DNA of 41,601 nt from Sphacelaria rigidula (taxonomy: Eukaryota). This document shows, in pieces, positions 21,801 through 33,800 of the stretch (the first letter of the stretch is position 1; each line of letters begins with the position of its first letter). The translations under genes and the position numbers were made by a program. The DNA lies in assembly GCA_964200075.2 (NCBI GenBank), contig CAXNAA020000007.1, positions 1 to 41,601 of the forward strand, in the 5' to 3' direction. The notes under the pieces were generated by a model that made no database searches, had not been told where the DNA came from, and saw nothing but the letters and a program-made list of their open reading frames with translations.

Positions 21801-24800
21801 TTTATAGATTTTCATGACAAAATTAGTGTCGAGGGCAGCCTTATCAGAGACGATGGGAGAGTGGTCGCAGTGGCGTGCCTGTCTCCTCCGTGGCGAAGTC
21901 TGACTGGTCAGGACGTGCTGGTCGGAGTTGAAGTTTTCGTTGATAATGCACCTCTCAGCGACACGGATTTGGCATTCGCGTACCTGAGGCAAGCAACGAT
22001 TACCGCAATAATCCCCGAATGGGGTACGGACGAAGGGGGTACTGACGTGAGGGTTATTGGAATCGGGTTCTCCTCTCAGAGACATATGACATGCGATTTT
22101 GCGACACCTGGTTCTATGCCATCATCGACAACTGCACGCTGGTTATCCGACGAAGAACTCCAGTGTACGTCGCCTGCGCACCGCCCCGGGTTGTCGCGTG
22201 TTGTTGTAACTGCTGAAGATTATCGTGCCAACGGTGAGCTGCGGTATCTGTTTGTCCCATCGACGCAGCTCAACGCGGTGGGGCCGTCGCTGGGGCCAAC
22301 ATTAAGGGGAACGTTTTCGGAGTACGGCCGGGACAACTATGCCTTCGCTGGATATAGGTTATGCAGATCCAATTTTAATGGCATCTCCGCCGCTTCAGTT
22401 GGCACGCGCTCGGCGGTCTGTGGGTCGCTTCGCGCACCACCGGGGCTACATCATACCACCAGCACTGCGGAGGGCGAGCGTTTCGTGCAATACAATGAGG
22501 GGCTGAAACAACCACAGGAGCTGGACATCATCGCTGTGATGCCCAGATATGGTTGGACAACAGGAGGGGACAACATCACTTTCAAAGCTCAATTTGGCAA
22601 CTATAGCGAAGAGGTAGCGCCTATTCTATGCGCGATTGGGAACCATCGTGGACCACCAATATCCGTAAATCGTTCAGCAGGAATCGTCGTATGTTCCTCT
22701 CCGGCAGTAGCCCAGGCAGGACTTGGGCTTGTTCAAGAGAAGAATGTCATGGCTACTCTGTTCGGTTTTACACCTAGCTTGGATGACGTGTTGGCTAGTT
22801 CTGCTCAAGTATTTCACTACTTGACACCGGTAACGGTTATTGCTGTGGCACCCAATCGTGGGCAGGCTGGCACGCTTGTTCATGTCTCCGGTGAGCACTT
22901 CGACAGTCGATTCGACCTTGAATGCCAGTTTGGGGCTCGAAGAATGGGAGCAACATTCATAACATCCCAAATGGTCAGCTGCGATGCCCCGGCGAATGAA
23001 AGAGGACGCGTTGGTGTGACGATTTTAACGGGTGGAGTGCTTCCTGCCTGGCACACAGGTGCTTCATTTACCTTCGAATCGCCGATTCTGGTATTTTCCA
23101 TTTTTCCAGAGCGCGGCCTACATGGAGAGTCAACGATGGTAACCGTGACCGGGAGTGGCTTTCAGCCTTCCAATGAACTCATGTGCCAATTTGGCAGGTG
23201 GGTAGCTGCGGGAACCTTCGTCAATTCTACGCATATACGTTGCCTCGCACCCCCGGAAGGCAGAGGAAATGTGAAAGTAGCAATTACTGTCAACGGTAAA
23301 AATTTTCCACTGGGCGTCACTACGTTTCGTTTCGACACAGAAGCTGTCCCCGCGCAAGTCTTTCCGGCGGAAGGTACCATATTCGGGGGAACGGTGCTGA
23401 CTATCACTAGCAGCCTGACAGCAAGCACGCCGAATTTAAAATGTATCTTTGCATTCGAAGCTTACTCAAACATCTTCACATCAGCGGAAGCAAACGGCAA
23501 TGACCTTGTGTGTAGGACACCGCCATCGCCTGGGCTACGAACGCAGAAGGCTAGAGTGGGCTTGACGCAAGGTGGAGCGGTATTGACACAAAGAGCAAGC
23601 TACACATTTGTCACACCTCCAGCGGCATATGCCATCCACCCGTACACAAGCCACAAACGGAGCGGAGAGCGCCTACTTGTATCCGGTGAGAATTTTTCTC
23701 CATCGGACAGTCTTGCATGCAAATTTTCCGAGCTTCGCACGGGCCGAGCTCATGTTGTTCGCGGCCATTTCATCTCCATGACGAGGATGACATGCATCAC
23801 CCCAGAGTGGGAAATCGATATGACTACGGGCACGTACGTTGTACTAGATATCACTGTGAATGGTATGGACTTTACTACTGGAGGTCCGGGCTTTATTTTG
23901 AAACCCATGCCCTTGATTTTTTCGGTATCACCGAGGACGGGATCTGTCTCGGGAGGAACAGCTGTCACCGTGAGGGGCGCATCGTTTCCGACGGAAAATC
24001 TACGTTGCCAATTTGGAACTTCATTTGTGTCAGCATGGGTTTTATCGGACGTACGCGTTATGTGCGTCAGTCCTGCAAATTCTCACGAGCGGACAGAGCA
24101 GGTACCCTTCGACCTCATAGTGAACAACCGATCTGCAACGACAAATGGTGGTTCATTCACGTACTTGCCCTCATTGACCACGAAGGATGCAAGCGAGAAA
24201 TCAAGCGAGTATTTCGACGATGTCATCATCCCTGTTGCAACGTTTGAGCACGGTGGTGAAGACGGTGAACGCACCCGTTCTGATGTTCAAATGAACTTTC
24301 CAACTGTAGCTCGCTTGGAACCAGGAGGGTGCTCCAGCGGGGGATCTGTGGACATCCTCGTCTATGGCTTCAACTTTAAAAACTCAGCAGACCTAACTTG
24401 CTCCTTTGGTATTGTGCACGTGAAGGGGGCGTTTAAGTCGGACCGAGTGATTCAGTGCCGAGCGCCACAACATGCACCAGGCAAAGTACTCCTGGAGATA
24501 TCAAACGATGGTGCCACCTTTTCTGCTTCTGGCCAGGCGTTTACATTCGATGCAGATCCGTCTATACTGTCGGTTGACCCTTCTCACGGACCGACGGAGG
24601 GATCGACGACCGTGACGATCACGGGCAATTATTTCAAAAACTTTGCTAGCATCACGTGCCGATTTGGGGACGTCACCACGCCAGGAGTATATCTTACATC
24701 GAATCAGATGAGATGCCGGGCTCCTACCCTGGAAAGGCTAGCCTCGTCTACTTACGTACAGGTACGAGGTAGTATGCACATTATTCTTCAAATTTGTTAG

Positions 24801-27800
24801 CAATAATCCCAATGGGACATGCACCGAGTAGCTCTCCCTCTTGGTGATGAATAAACTCGCTTGGGTACCGTACAGTACACCGCGTCCTTTGAGTTTGAAG
24901 CAGTGAGAAAGGGCAATACACTCTACTTTCACGGGCTTGAAAAATTAGGTGCCGTTATTGCATCCACGCGTGATTCACTTTCCGTCGCATTCATTCCATT
25001 TTCATCCGCATAGGTGAGCAACGACAACACCAGCTTCTCAGGCGGCTCCACCCTGTTCACGTATGACAGCACAATTAACGTCATCACGCTGAGCCCATCC
25101 GTGGGGATGACAAGTGGTGGAACAGACGTAGCTTTCGTAGGTGGATACTTTCTCAACACGACCAACATCGCATGCAAGTTCGGGTCCACCGCTGTTGCGG
25201 CCGCTTTCATCTCCAACACCGCAATACGCTGCACGTCGCCACCACACTCCGTGGGTGCGGTATCGGCCGAAGTTACTTCCAACGGCATCGACTTTTCCTT
25301 CTCAGGAAATATGTTCACGTATTCCCGCGACGTGACGATGAACTCAATCTGGCCTACGTTGGGGCCCGCCTCAAAGGGGGGCACTCTCGTGACCATCCAT
25401 GGAACAGGCTTTGAGAAGACGTCGGAGTTGTCGTGCACGTTCGGTGGCGTTTTAGGCATCACAACAACCTGGCTGTCGTCAACGGTGCTGATCTGCAGAA
25501 GCCCGCCGCATACGCCTGGCCTAGTATCTGTTCGGGTATCAAACAATGGGATTGACCAATCGGTAGATGCTCTGAAGTTTTTATATGTTAACGATCCCAC
25601 TGTAGAGGGCATCAAGCCAAGTCACATCATGGAGACCGGTCAGGTCCCGGTCTTCGTAAGCGGATCTAACTTCGTCAACACAACATCACTCGCTTGTCGA
25701 TTTGGCAGTGTTGTGGTGAGAGGATCCTTCTACACCCCGGAACTTCTGGTATGCACGGCGCCATCTCATTCGGCACAGTTGCGCTTGCAGCGCGAGGTTG
25801 GAAACTTCTCGGTGGAAGTATCCGTAAACGGTGTTGATTATACTGAGAGTGGGAAGATTATCGCGTACTGGAAAGGCAGCCAGCCTGGTCAATATGCGCG
25901 AGACTGGACGTCTGTCGTAACTCCGAATGGAACCTTCACCGATAGAGCAGCCAGCTTGAATTTCACCTTGTGTGATCCTGGGAGTTTCCAGCCGGCCTCA
26001 GGAGCAGTGCGATGCCTCCCTTGTCCTGTTGGTTTCGTCTGTCCCGGTAAGGCTCCTCCCACAGAGATGGTTTCGATGGGGTGTTTCTGAGATGATCAGT
26101 GATTAAATGAATGCAGGATAACCTGTATCCATCGATTATCGTCGATAAACCGCAGTACATGGTGTCAAAGTGACGCAGGGTGTACGTTCAATGTGCAATG
26201 TAGGTTATCTTAGACTCACGAGCCTTCACTTGATGGGGAGTGCGACGCGGTGTGTGATAAGGTCAGCTTGTGCACCTACTGGTAGTTCCCGATATGTACT
26301 CGTCAGTATTTTGCCCCACCTGCATTCTGTCAGTATTTTGCCCCACCTGCATTCTTGGATGGCATGGGTCGCTCGCAGCGATCATACGGGACTGTAACGG
26401 TTGGCTGTTTGCTTCATTGTGCGCGTCGTGTAGTCATAATCTTCGGCAACAACGATAGCATCTTGGCTCTTGTATGGCGTGGACAAAACACCAAATGATG
26501 AGAGCTGCGAGTGAAGATACAAAGCGACGTAGCCGTATCGATTGTCTGAAGCTTCACAATACTCACCCTGCCTCCACTTTGTCCGTTTCCACAGGGTTTG
26601 GTCTCTCCATCCCGGTGGCGTGCCCTGCAGGCTTCGTTTGTAATGAGATTGGGCTCAGGTCTCCCTGGTCTCCTTGCCCTATGGGCCACTTTTGTACCCT
26701 GGGGATCAAGACCGCTCATTTCGGAGGAATATCTAATTCGTCTGAGGCTCACCAGTGGATTACCATTCCTAGCAGTGGGGCAGCCTACTTCAATTCTTCA
26801 TCTCGGATGCCAGGATTTCAGGAGTACGATCGTGTTGGCTCTGCAACCGGGAAGTTCCGGACAGAACACAGGCCAACAGCAACTGTTTTGGCTGAGCAAC
26901 CCGTTCCCTGTCCACTTGGCTACTACTGTGGCCAAGGCGTTGCGATCGAAACTCCTGGACATAAGAATTTCAGCACCCCACAGAGATGTTTCGATGGATT
27001 CTTTTGTCCGAGGGGATCGTTCTCCCCTCAAGGTTCCGGGCCGTGTCCGACCGGATACTTTTGCCCGACTCCATTGGAGGCTGTGGCGTGTCCACCAGGC
27101 CAGTTTTGTCCTGGTGTAGCAAACATGAAGCCGAGAGATTGCTTGCCGGGAACATTCAATCCAGACGAAGCCCAGTCCAACTGCACGCTGTGTGCAAGTG
27201 GTCATATATGCCCTGGATGGGCGCGTGTTCTCCCGGAAGCGTGTCCTCCGGGTTTTGTGTGCGTCGCCCGCGGCCTCTCTGCGCCGGTATTACTCTGCCC
27301 CTCGGGATATTTCTGTGAAGAAGGAACTTCGACGTTGAACCCTGCGGATCCCATTGAACAGCGTCCCTTACCATGCCCATCTGGCACGTTCTGCCTGGGT
27401 GGGGTTGCACACAATATAAGCATCGACTGGATAGCCTTGGCGCCCGAGGGAACTTCAGCACCCCAGACATGCACGGAGGGTACATATTGCGAGGAAGCGT
27501 CAGTGTCTCCCTCTGGATCGGGTCCATGTTTCGAGGGCCATTACTGTCCCCCAGGCATCAGCTACCCGATCGAAACTCCCATTGGGAACTTCGCGGCTGA
27601 CGAAGGGTCGGTAGTGCCGATGCTATGCTTTCCAGGAACATACGCGCCGCTAGCAGGGGCAAATGAATGCCGAGTATGCCCCGCAGGATACACGTGTCCT
27701 TCTTACGGCACATATGAGCCTACGATTTGCGAGGTGGGACACTACCGCTCTCTTTCCGATTCGGTGACTTGCAGACCGTGTCCTACAGGCACCTTTTCCT

Positions 27801-30800
27801 CTTCATTGGGAGTGACGGATGTGTCGTCATGTCTGCCGTGTCCTCCTGGCCGCATCTGCGGTCTCCAAGCTATGGTCAACCTCACGGCAAGCAATGTAAG
27901 CGCGATCGCTGTTATCTTGAACGAAAAGCATGAGGTAGTGGATGGGTGATCGGGCTACTTCTATAAATATTGATCGCGTGGTGTATTTTAGTGTGTGCAT
28001 GTACGAGGCGACGAGGATAGTTCCATTCCACTGTGACATCGTTCGGCCAAATGTTACAACTGTGTATGACAGCTGGGTACTATGTGCGAGTTTCTCGCAT
28101 GGTTCCGGCGCAAGTAAACGACACATTATTTCCGCTGCACCGCTAAGCGCAAAAAGGCACTCTCGGCAAGCCCCCCGTGTGAAAATAGCGGGAGAGGATG
28201 GCTTCGATGTCACGCTGGACAAACAGCTGTGGGAGGAATCGGTAAACAGTTTGCCGCGATGAATGTATATTCATGTCCTCGCTTTTCTGCAGGTATGTCC
28301 TGCTGGGTACAATTGCGGCTCTGGCGCAGACCTTTCGACACAATTTTCTCATAAGTGTCCTGCCGGCTTGTTCTGCTCTGCTGGCGTCGAACCAAGCGGT
28401 CAATATGAGAGTGTGTGCGACGCAGGATACTACTGTATACGAGGGACACCGAACTATCTTGCTACACAGGTTCGTCGACGAAATCGTTCTTTCGTGAGAG
28501 AAACGTCGTAAAATGATTAGCTGAAGAGAACATGCCGATCCATCCATTAAGTCATCAATAGTTCATCGATTCTTCAGATAATATACAAGAATTGGGGAGA
28601 GGTCGACGAACTATTTGTTGCGCTCAGACTTCTGCGGTGCTATTACAGACCAGAGCTGCGATATGCTCGAAGGATGTCCACACCATGGTCGCGGCGGAAA
28701 GCCAGTGAGAAGAGACCCACTATGACCTGAAGAGAACACGTCTATCATCAATTTTTCAGATGGTTCACAAGTATTGGGAAGAGGTCGACAATATATATAT
28801 ATTGAGCTCAGACGTTCACGATGCTGTCGCAGACCAGAGCTCCAATACGCTCGGGAGATCTAATCACCACGATTGCGGCGCACAGCCAGTGACAAAGACC
28901 GTCAGTAGGACCGAGTCGCCACACAGACGCTATCAACGATACTGTAGACTGAGACGGCCTATATTCACCCTGGTCGGTTTTGGTGTTCCTGCTCCTTGTG
29001 GTGCTATATTTAATTCGCTGCTCGCAGAACAAGTGCCCTGTAGGGTATTACTGTCCCGTTGGCACGGCCTCAGGTACATCATCTGATGTCCGTTGCCCTC
29101 GGAAAACAACGAGCCTCGTGGGAGCTTCGGAGCTCTTGGAATGCATAATTGAAGCGGTGAGCCAATTTTAGCGCACTTATGCATGCACTCTTGGAACGGC
29201 CTTCTCCCGCTAGCGACGTGGTATTAGTGTGGTGTTGCCTGAAAAATGTACGCATTGGTCAATCGGTTCGAGTGAGGGTGGGGCTGATTGCTCTCGAGCG
29301 TTTGGTACATTCAATATTCGTCAGGTGCACACAAGAAGTGGACTTGCTGCCGTGGGAACTTGTTTACGCTGGCAACAATATCGTGTAGCAATCCCTTGGA
29401 CTTACGTTTGTTGAGGGCATTTGAATAGATGGCCAAAACAGACGTTGGCAGAAATGGAACCGACCGAACACGAGTCCCAAGACGATCACGAATCAACCGG
29501 AGAGCATCCTGTCTCGGGCAGTGCTTGGCTCGAGTATTCTGGTGATTCTATTCGCGAACATTGCTGTACGGTCACACCGGTCTTTTACGCGTGGTGACGA
29601 GCGATGGGCACTCTATTCCTTACACGAGGAATACAACGTGCGCGTTTACCATAGTCGATGTCGAGGCAGACCGTGGACAGTTCACGTCTGACTCGTGCGG
29701 GATTTCAGTAGTATTATTTCGGTACAATAGTGTCTATCTACATACTGTAAAGTATATTTGCGCCTTCCATTCCTCACGACTGCATTTGCAGGTGGATGTA
29801 TGTGATAAGGTCGAGGTTAGCTCAAGGGACCCTTCTCTAGACGCATCATACTACAGTACGTTCTCTTACACTTTGCTGAGTGGATCAGGAGAAGTTGTTA
29901 GCTTCGACAGCACTCCAGCGAAGGATCCAACGGGGGAGGTGCAGGTGCGTGTGAACAACGGGCGCGTCCGAGTGTGAGCTTCACGCCGAAAAAGTGTCAG
30001 GCATAGCAATCTTCGACATTCATAGGTCGTGTAACACGACATGCTCTTTCAATATCCTGCAACAACACCTCCGTGCACGGCTACCCGGCATAACATACTT
30101 CGAAGTATTGTTATAATAGAAGATTGGGAGGTACGAATAATTTTTCCGGCCGTGATATTCCGCCATTTTCCAGGTCCTGGAGAAAGTTATGCCAATCAAC
30201 GAGTCCGGATCTGACGCATTCTGGGTCAACGACACAATCGAGGTCTTTCGAGTCTGCCCGGAGTATGGCCCGCAGAACTCGAGCGAGACGATCACGATTA
30301 TTGGTCGTAACTTCCGAGATAGCGATATTTTGGCTTGCCGCTTCACGCCATGCACAGGTACTGCTGCTGGTCCCCTGAAGTGCGAAAGCCTAGGGTCTAG
30401 CGCCATATCGAATAACCAGAAGTCCATTCAAGTGGCAGGGACGTACATAGGGCCGACAAGGGTGGAATGCCCAGCGCCCATGTACAGATTCCCCTCCAAC
30501 GAGTCTCTCACGCTCCTCGACGGCGTGTGTGAATACGATGCTGCTGGAGCTCTTGCGTACGTCCAGAGCTGTGATGCAGGTGAATACTGTGAAGATGAAC
30601 CGGGCGCAGGACAGCGTTTCGTGTACGACACACTGGTGAGGGCGTGGTGGCTGATTTTTACTGGAAATCCAACTGCTGCTTCATGCTGTATCGACTTGTC
30701 TAGTGCCGACTGCTTCACTAGCGACCCCGATTCCATGCGTGCGAAGAGGACAATTGTCCGGAATCCTGGTACTGGTGACATTTTTGCGGAAGTTCTTGTT

Positions 30801-33800
30801 TTTGTATAACGTGGGGATCCAATTTTCGTGTTACATGACTTCGCCGTTCACCATGTTCTGTCTGCCAGATAACATGCACGGATGACGAAATAGGACAGGG
30901 GACTTGCGGAGATACCCCGATCGCTGAGAGGATGTGGAACCCGTGTTATAGCGCTGAGGTGTGCATTCGATACCATAAGCAGGCTTGCGGACAGAAGTGA
31001 TGGGCCTGACGACGCTCTCGATCACAAATGGTATCCGTGCTCGATGCCCAGCATGCACAAATCGATTCGAGACAATACTTGGACGGAAGCACATGGAAAC
31101 CGATCATGGCTCCTTTTCTGCTACACCTTACGCCGTATTCGACAGATGCCTGAAACGTAATCCGATACTTCGCCGATACTTCGCCCCCCTGATTATCTCC
31201 CCACTTCCCCCCGACCAGATACGAATTGATGTCACCGTTTCTGGCACAGTGTTCAGCGGCGATGGCCTGTACTACGGCCACTCGACGCTGCCTGCCGACC
31301 TCGCTGAGGATAATTTCATGGACTACGTGGTGGGCGCCACTTCTACTACATACACACTCATTCGGCAGGTGATTTAGTTGTTTCTTTGCCTTCGACGAGA
31401 CAAGCCTCGTATTGACGCACGGCAATTTTATTTCCTCACCCCCGGGTAATGACGCTGTTTCTATCGTCGGTAACCCTCACACTGAACCCCTCCAAAAATA
31501 CTACTAGGACTACTGGCTCAATGACACCGGGATGGTGGACATGGACACCCGAGCTTGCAGTGTGTGGAGAATCAGCGAGGAGAGCGAGCGAGAGCGTGAA
31601 TATGGATGGTTCCTTCTCCAGGCACTGCAAACAGCAAAGATTTCATACGACCTGTCGCACTTGCCGTCGAGCATGGTGAGGTTATTAGTCGCATGGGTCG
31701 AGACATGCCCCCTATCACAACGCAAGTTGTGGATAAACACCATGGGTGATCACCGATGCACCTATGAGCGTTTGGGATAAGGACAACACTAGTTGCCATC
31801 GTGTGCGGGCAAGACTGCACGTTGAAGGCGGATGTGTTGACGCTCCTGAGCTTTTGTTGCCGTCACATACACAAAATTCAGGTGTACGATGAGCACTACA
31901 AGTTGGCCGTTTATGTCACGCCTAGTAGATGTGACGACGAGGTCTGTAACTCCGCGCGAGTACGACTGCCGGCGGAGGAGACGCTGCCATGCCGCCAGCC
32001 ACTGAACATGCCCCCCGGCTTCCTAGATTCAACGGTCCCGAAGAATCAGACGCTTAATTTCACAGTGTTTGCTCTTGAGGATGTCCTCGTGAAGGTGAGC
32101 TCAAGGCGGTGCAGGGTATTGAAAAAAATACTCGAAATTGGTCAGGTTTCGTTCGTTCTGAACAATGCTAAGCCGCGCGTGTCGCCAATCGCCCCTGTGT
32201 CGCGTGTGCACGCTAGGCGGAAGTTCACATTATGCACGGGCTGTACACGCCGTCAGCAGCGTTCTTCAAAAACACAACGACATTGCACAAGATTTCACCT
32301 GGCAGGGCGAAGACGCTTATGGGAACTGTCCCAGATAGCACTTTGAAATATAGCCGCAAGCTGAACCCATACGTGTCCTTCGAGGAGCGGGCAGTAGCCA
32401 AGGTCAGACTGCACAGTAAAGTTTGTCCGGGGGAACAAATCACCAGGAAACGCTGGCTACTCATCTGTGCTACGCTACGCCAGTTCCGTTCACTTATGTT
32501 CCTTGCCGACGGTTTGCCTTCCACTTGATTTTACCAGGAATACTTCTTCGTTGCCTACGTCAAGGAACTTACCATGCACTCAATATCGGCACCTCTCAAT
32601 ATGCCACCCCGGTATACGGACTTCGCGAGAGGGCGCGTGCTGATGGGATTCAATACATCAAGCCAGAACGTAGCCACACCATGGCTAAAAGATGACACTG
32701 CCGACGTTGCGATAGCAAGCGACTACTGGGACAACCCGGCAGCATCTGATGAGCTGGGCAAGGAACTCAAAGATACATTCCATGAGGTGTGCAGTTATCG
32801 AATTTCATTATGTCCCTAGGCCTCTGCGAAATCATGGCGAAGCGAGTATGACCACCGCGGGCTCTACATTGCTGTAAACGGCGGTGTCCAGCTTGTTTTC
32901 TCAAACAGCACATCATTTTCTGTCGTGAGTACTTCAGCCCTCTCTTCGCGAACATTGCCGTACCCCCTGGAATACCGTACAAGCCATAGACATCGGTATT
33001 GAGTTGAGGGTACTTGGAGATTCTGATGCGATCCGATAAACAGCGTACTCCGCCTCGTCTCGACGACGCACTCTCAGGTGTTCGATGAATTCAGTACTGT
33101 GGAAGGATCTCCGATATACAGCTTCACGCAAATGATGCTGCCGTACATGCCGTACTTTTCGAACTGCCGAGGGTTCGACTCGCACATTCCCGTGTATGCT
33201 CTTGTGGAGAGTAGCCAGTGCTCACTTCCGGATGACCAGTCCTCAGACTGGTGGAGGTGAGGTGACCGCCCGGCTTTGATAGCTGACAACTGGGAATCAC
33301 GTTGAGCAGCCTGAATTGTTGATCACTAAGCAACTAGTGTTGTCGTGTCTGCCCCAGGTATGCTCACCCTGTTTTCCCTCACGAAGACGACGTCGTTCAT
33401 GTGGGACCTTGGGACGTTGGACAGATGCCAATAGCCGACTGGTGCACCTACTCCATCGAATGTCAATACGAGGTAGGCGGTGCACGTTGGTCGTGAGTTA
33501 TGCGTTTTCTTGAAGCCTTCAGTTCTTACCGACGCTTCGCATGCATGCCAGTCACCCGCTGTATTCTCTCCACCTTCATGCTGTCAAAACGTAGCCCCAA
33601 CTTTTTGCGGTACAGTGCTGATCACGAAGTATCAATCGACAACTTCGTGACATTTTCCAGGAAGAGCTGGAAAGTGTCGACATAACTCCACGTTGGTTTG
33701 AGGCTGCAACGGGGGACGCAATATTCTACTTCATCCGCGAATCAATAACGTGGCAGGTATGCTGTTGCAGAGATTCTTGATGCCATTGCGTTGCTGCACC

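Noticed and set aside
9343-25615. Many antisense and alternate-frame ORFs (for example 19068..20066 -, 18659..19201 -, 24929..25615 -)
   Set aside because: These are shadows of the long coding exons and have no independent motifs.
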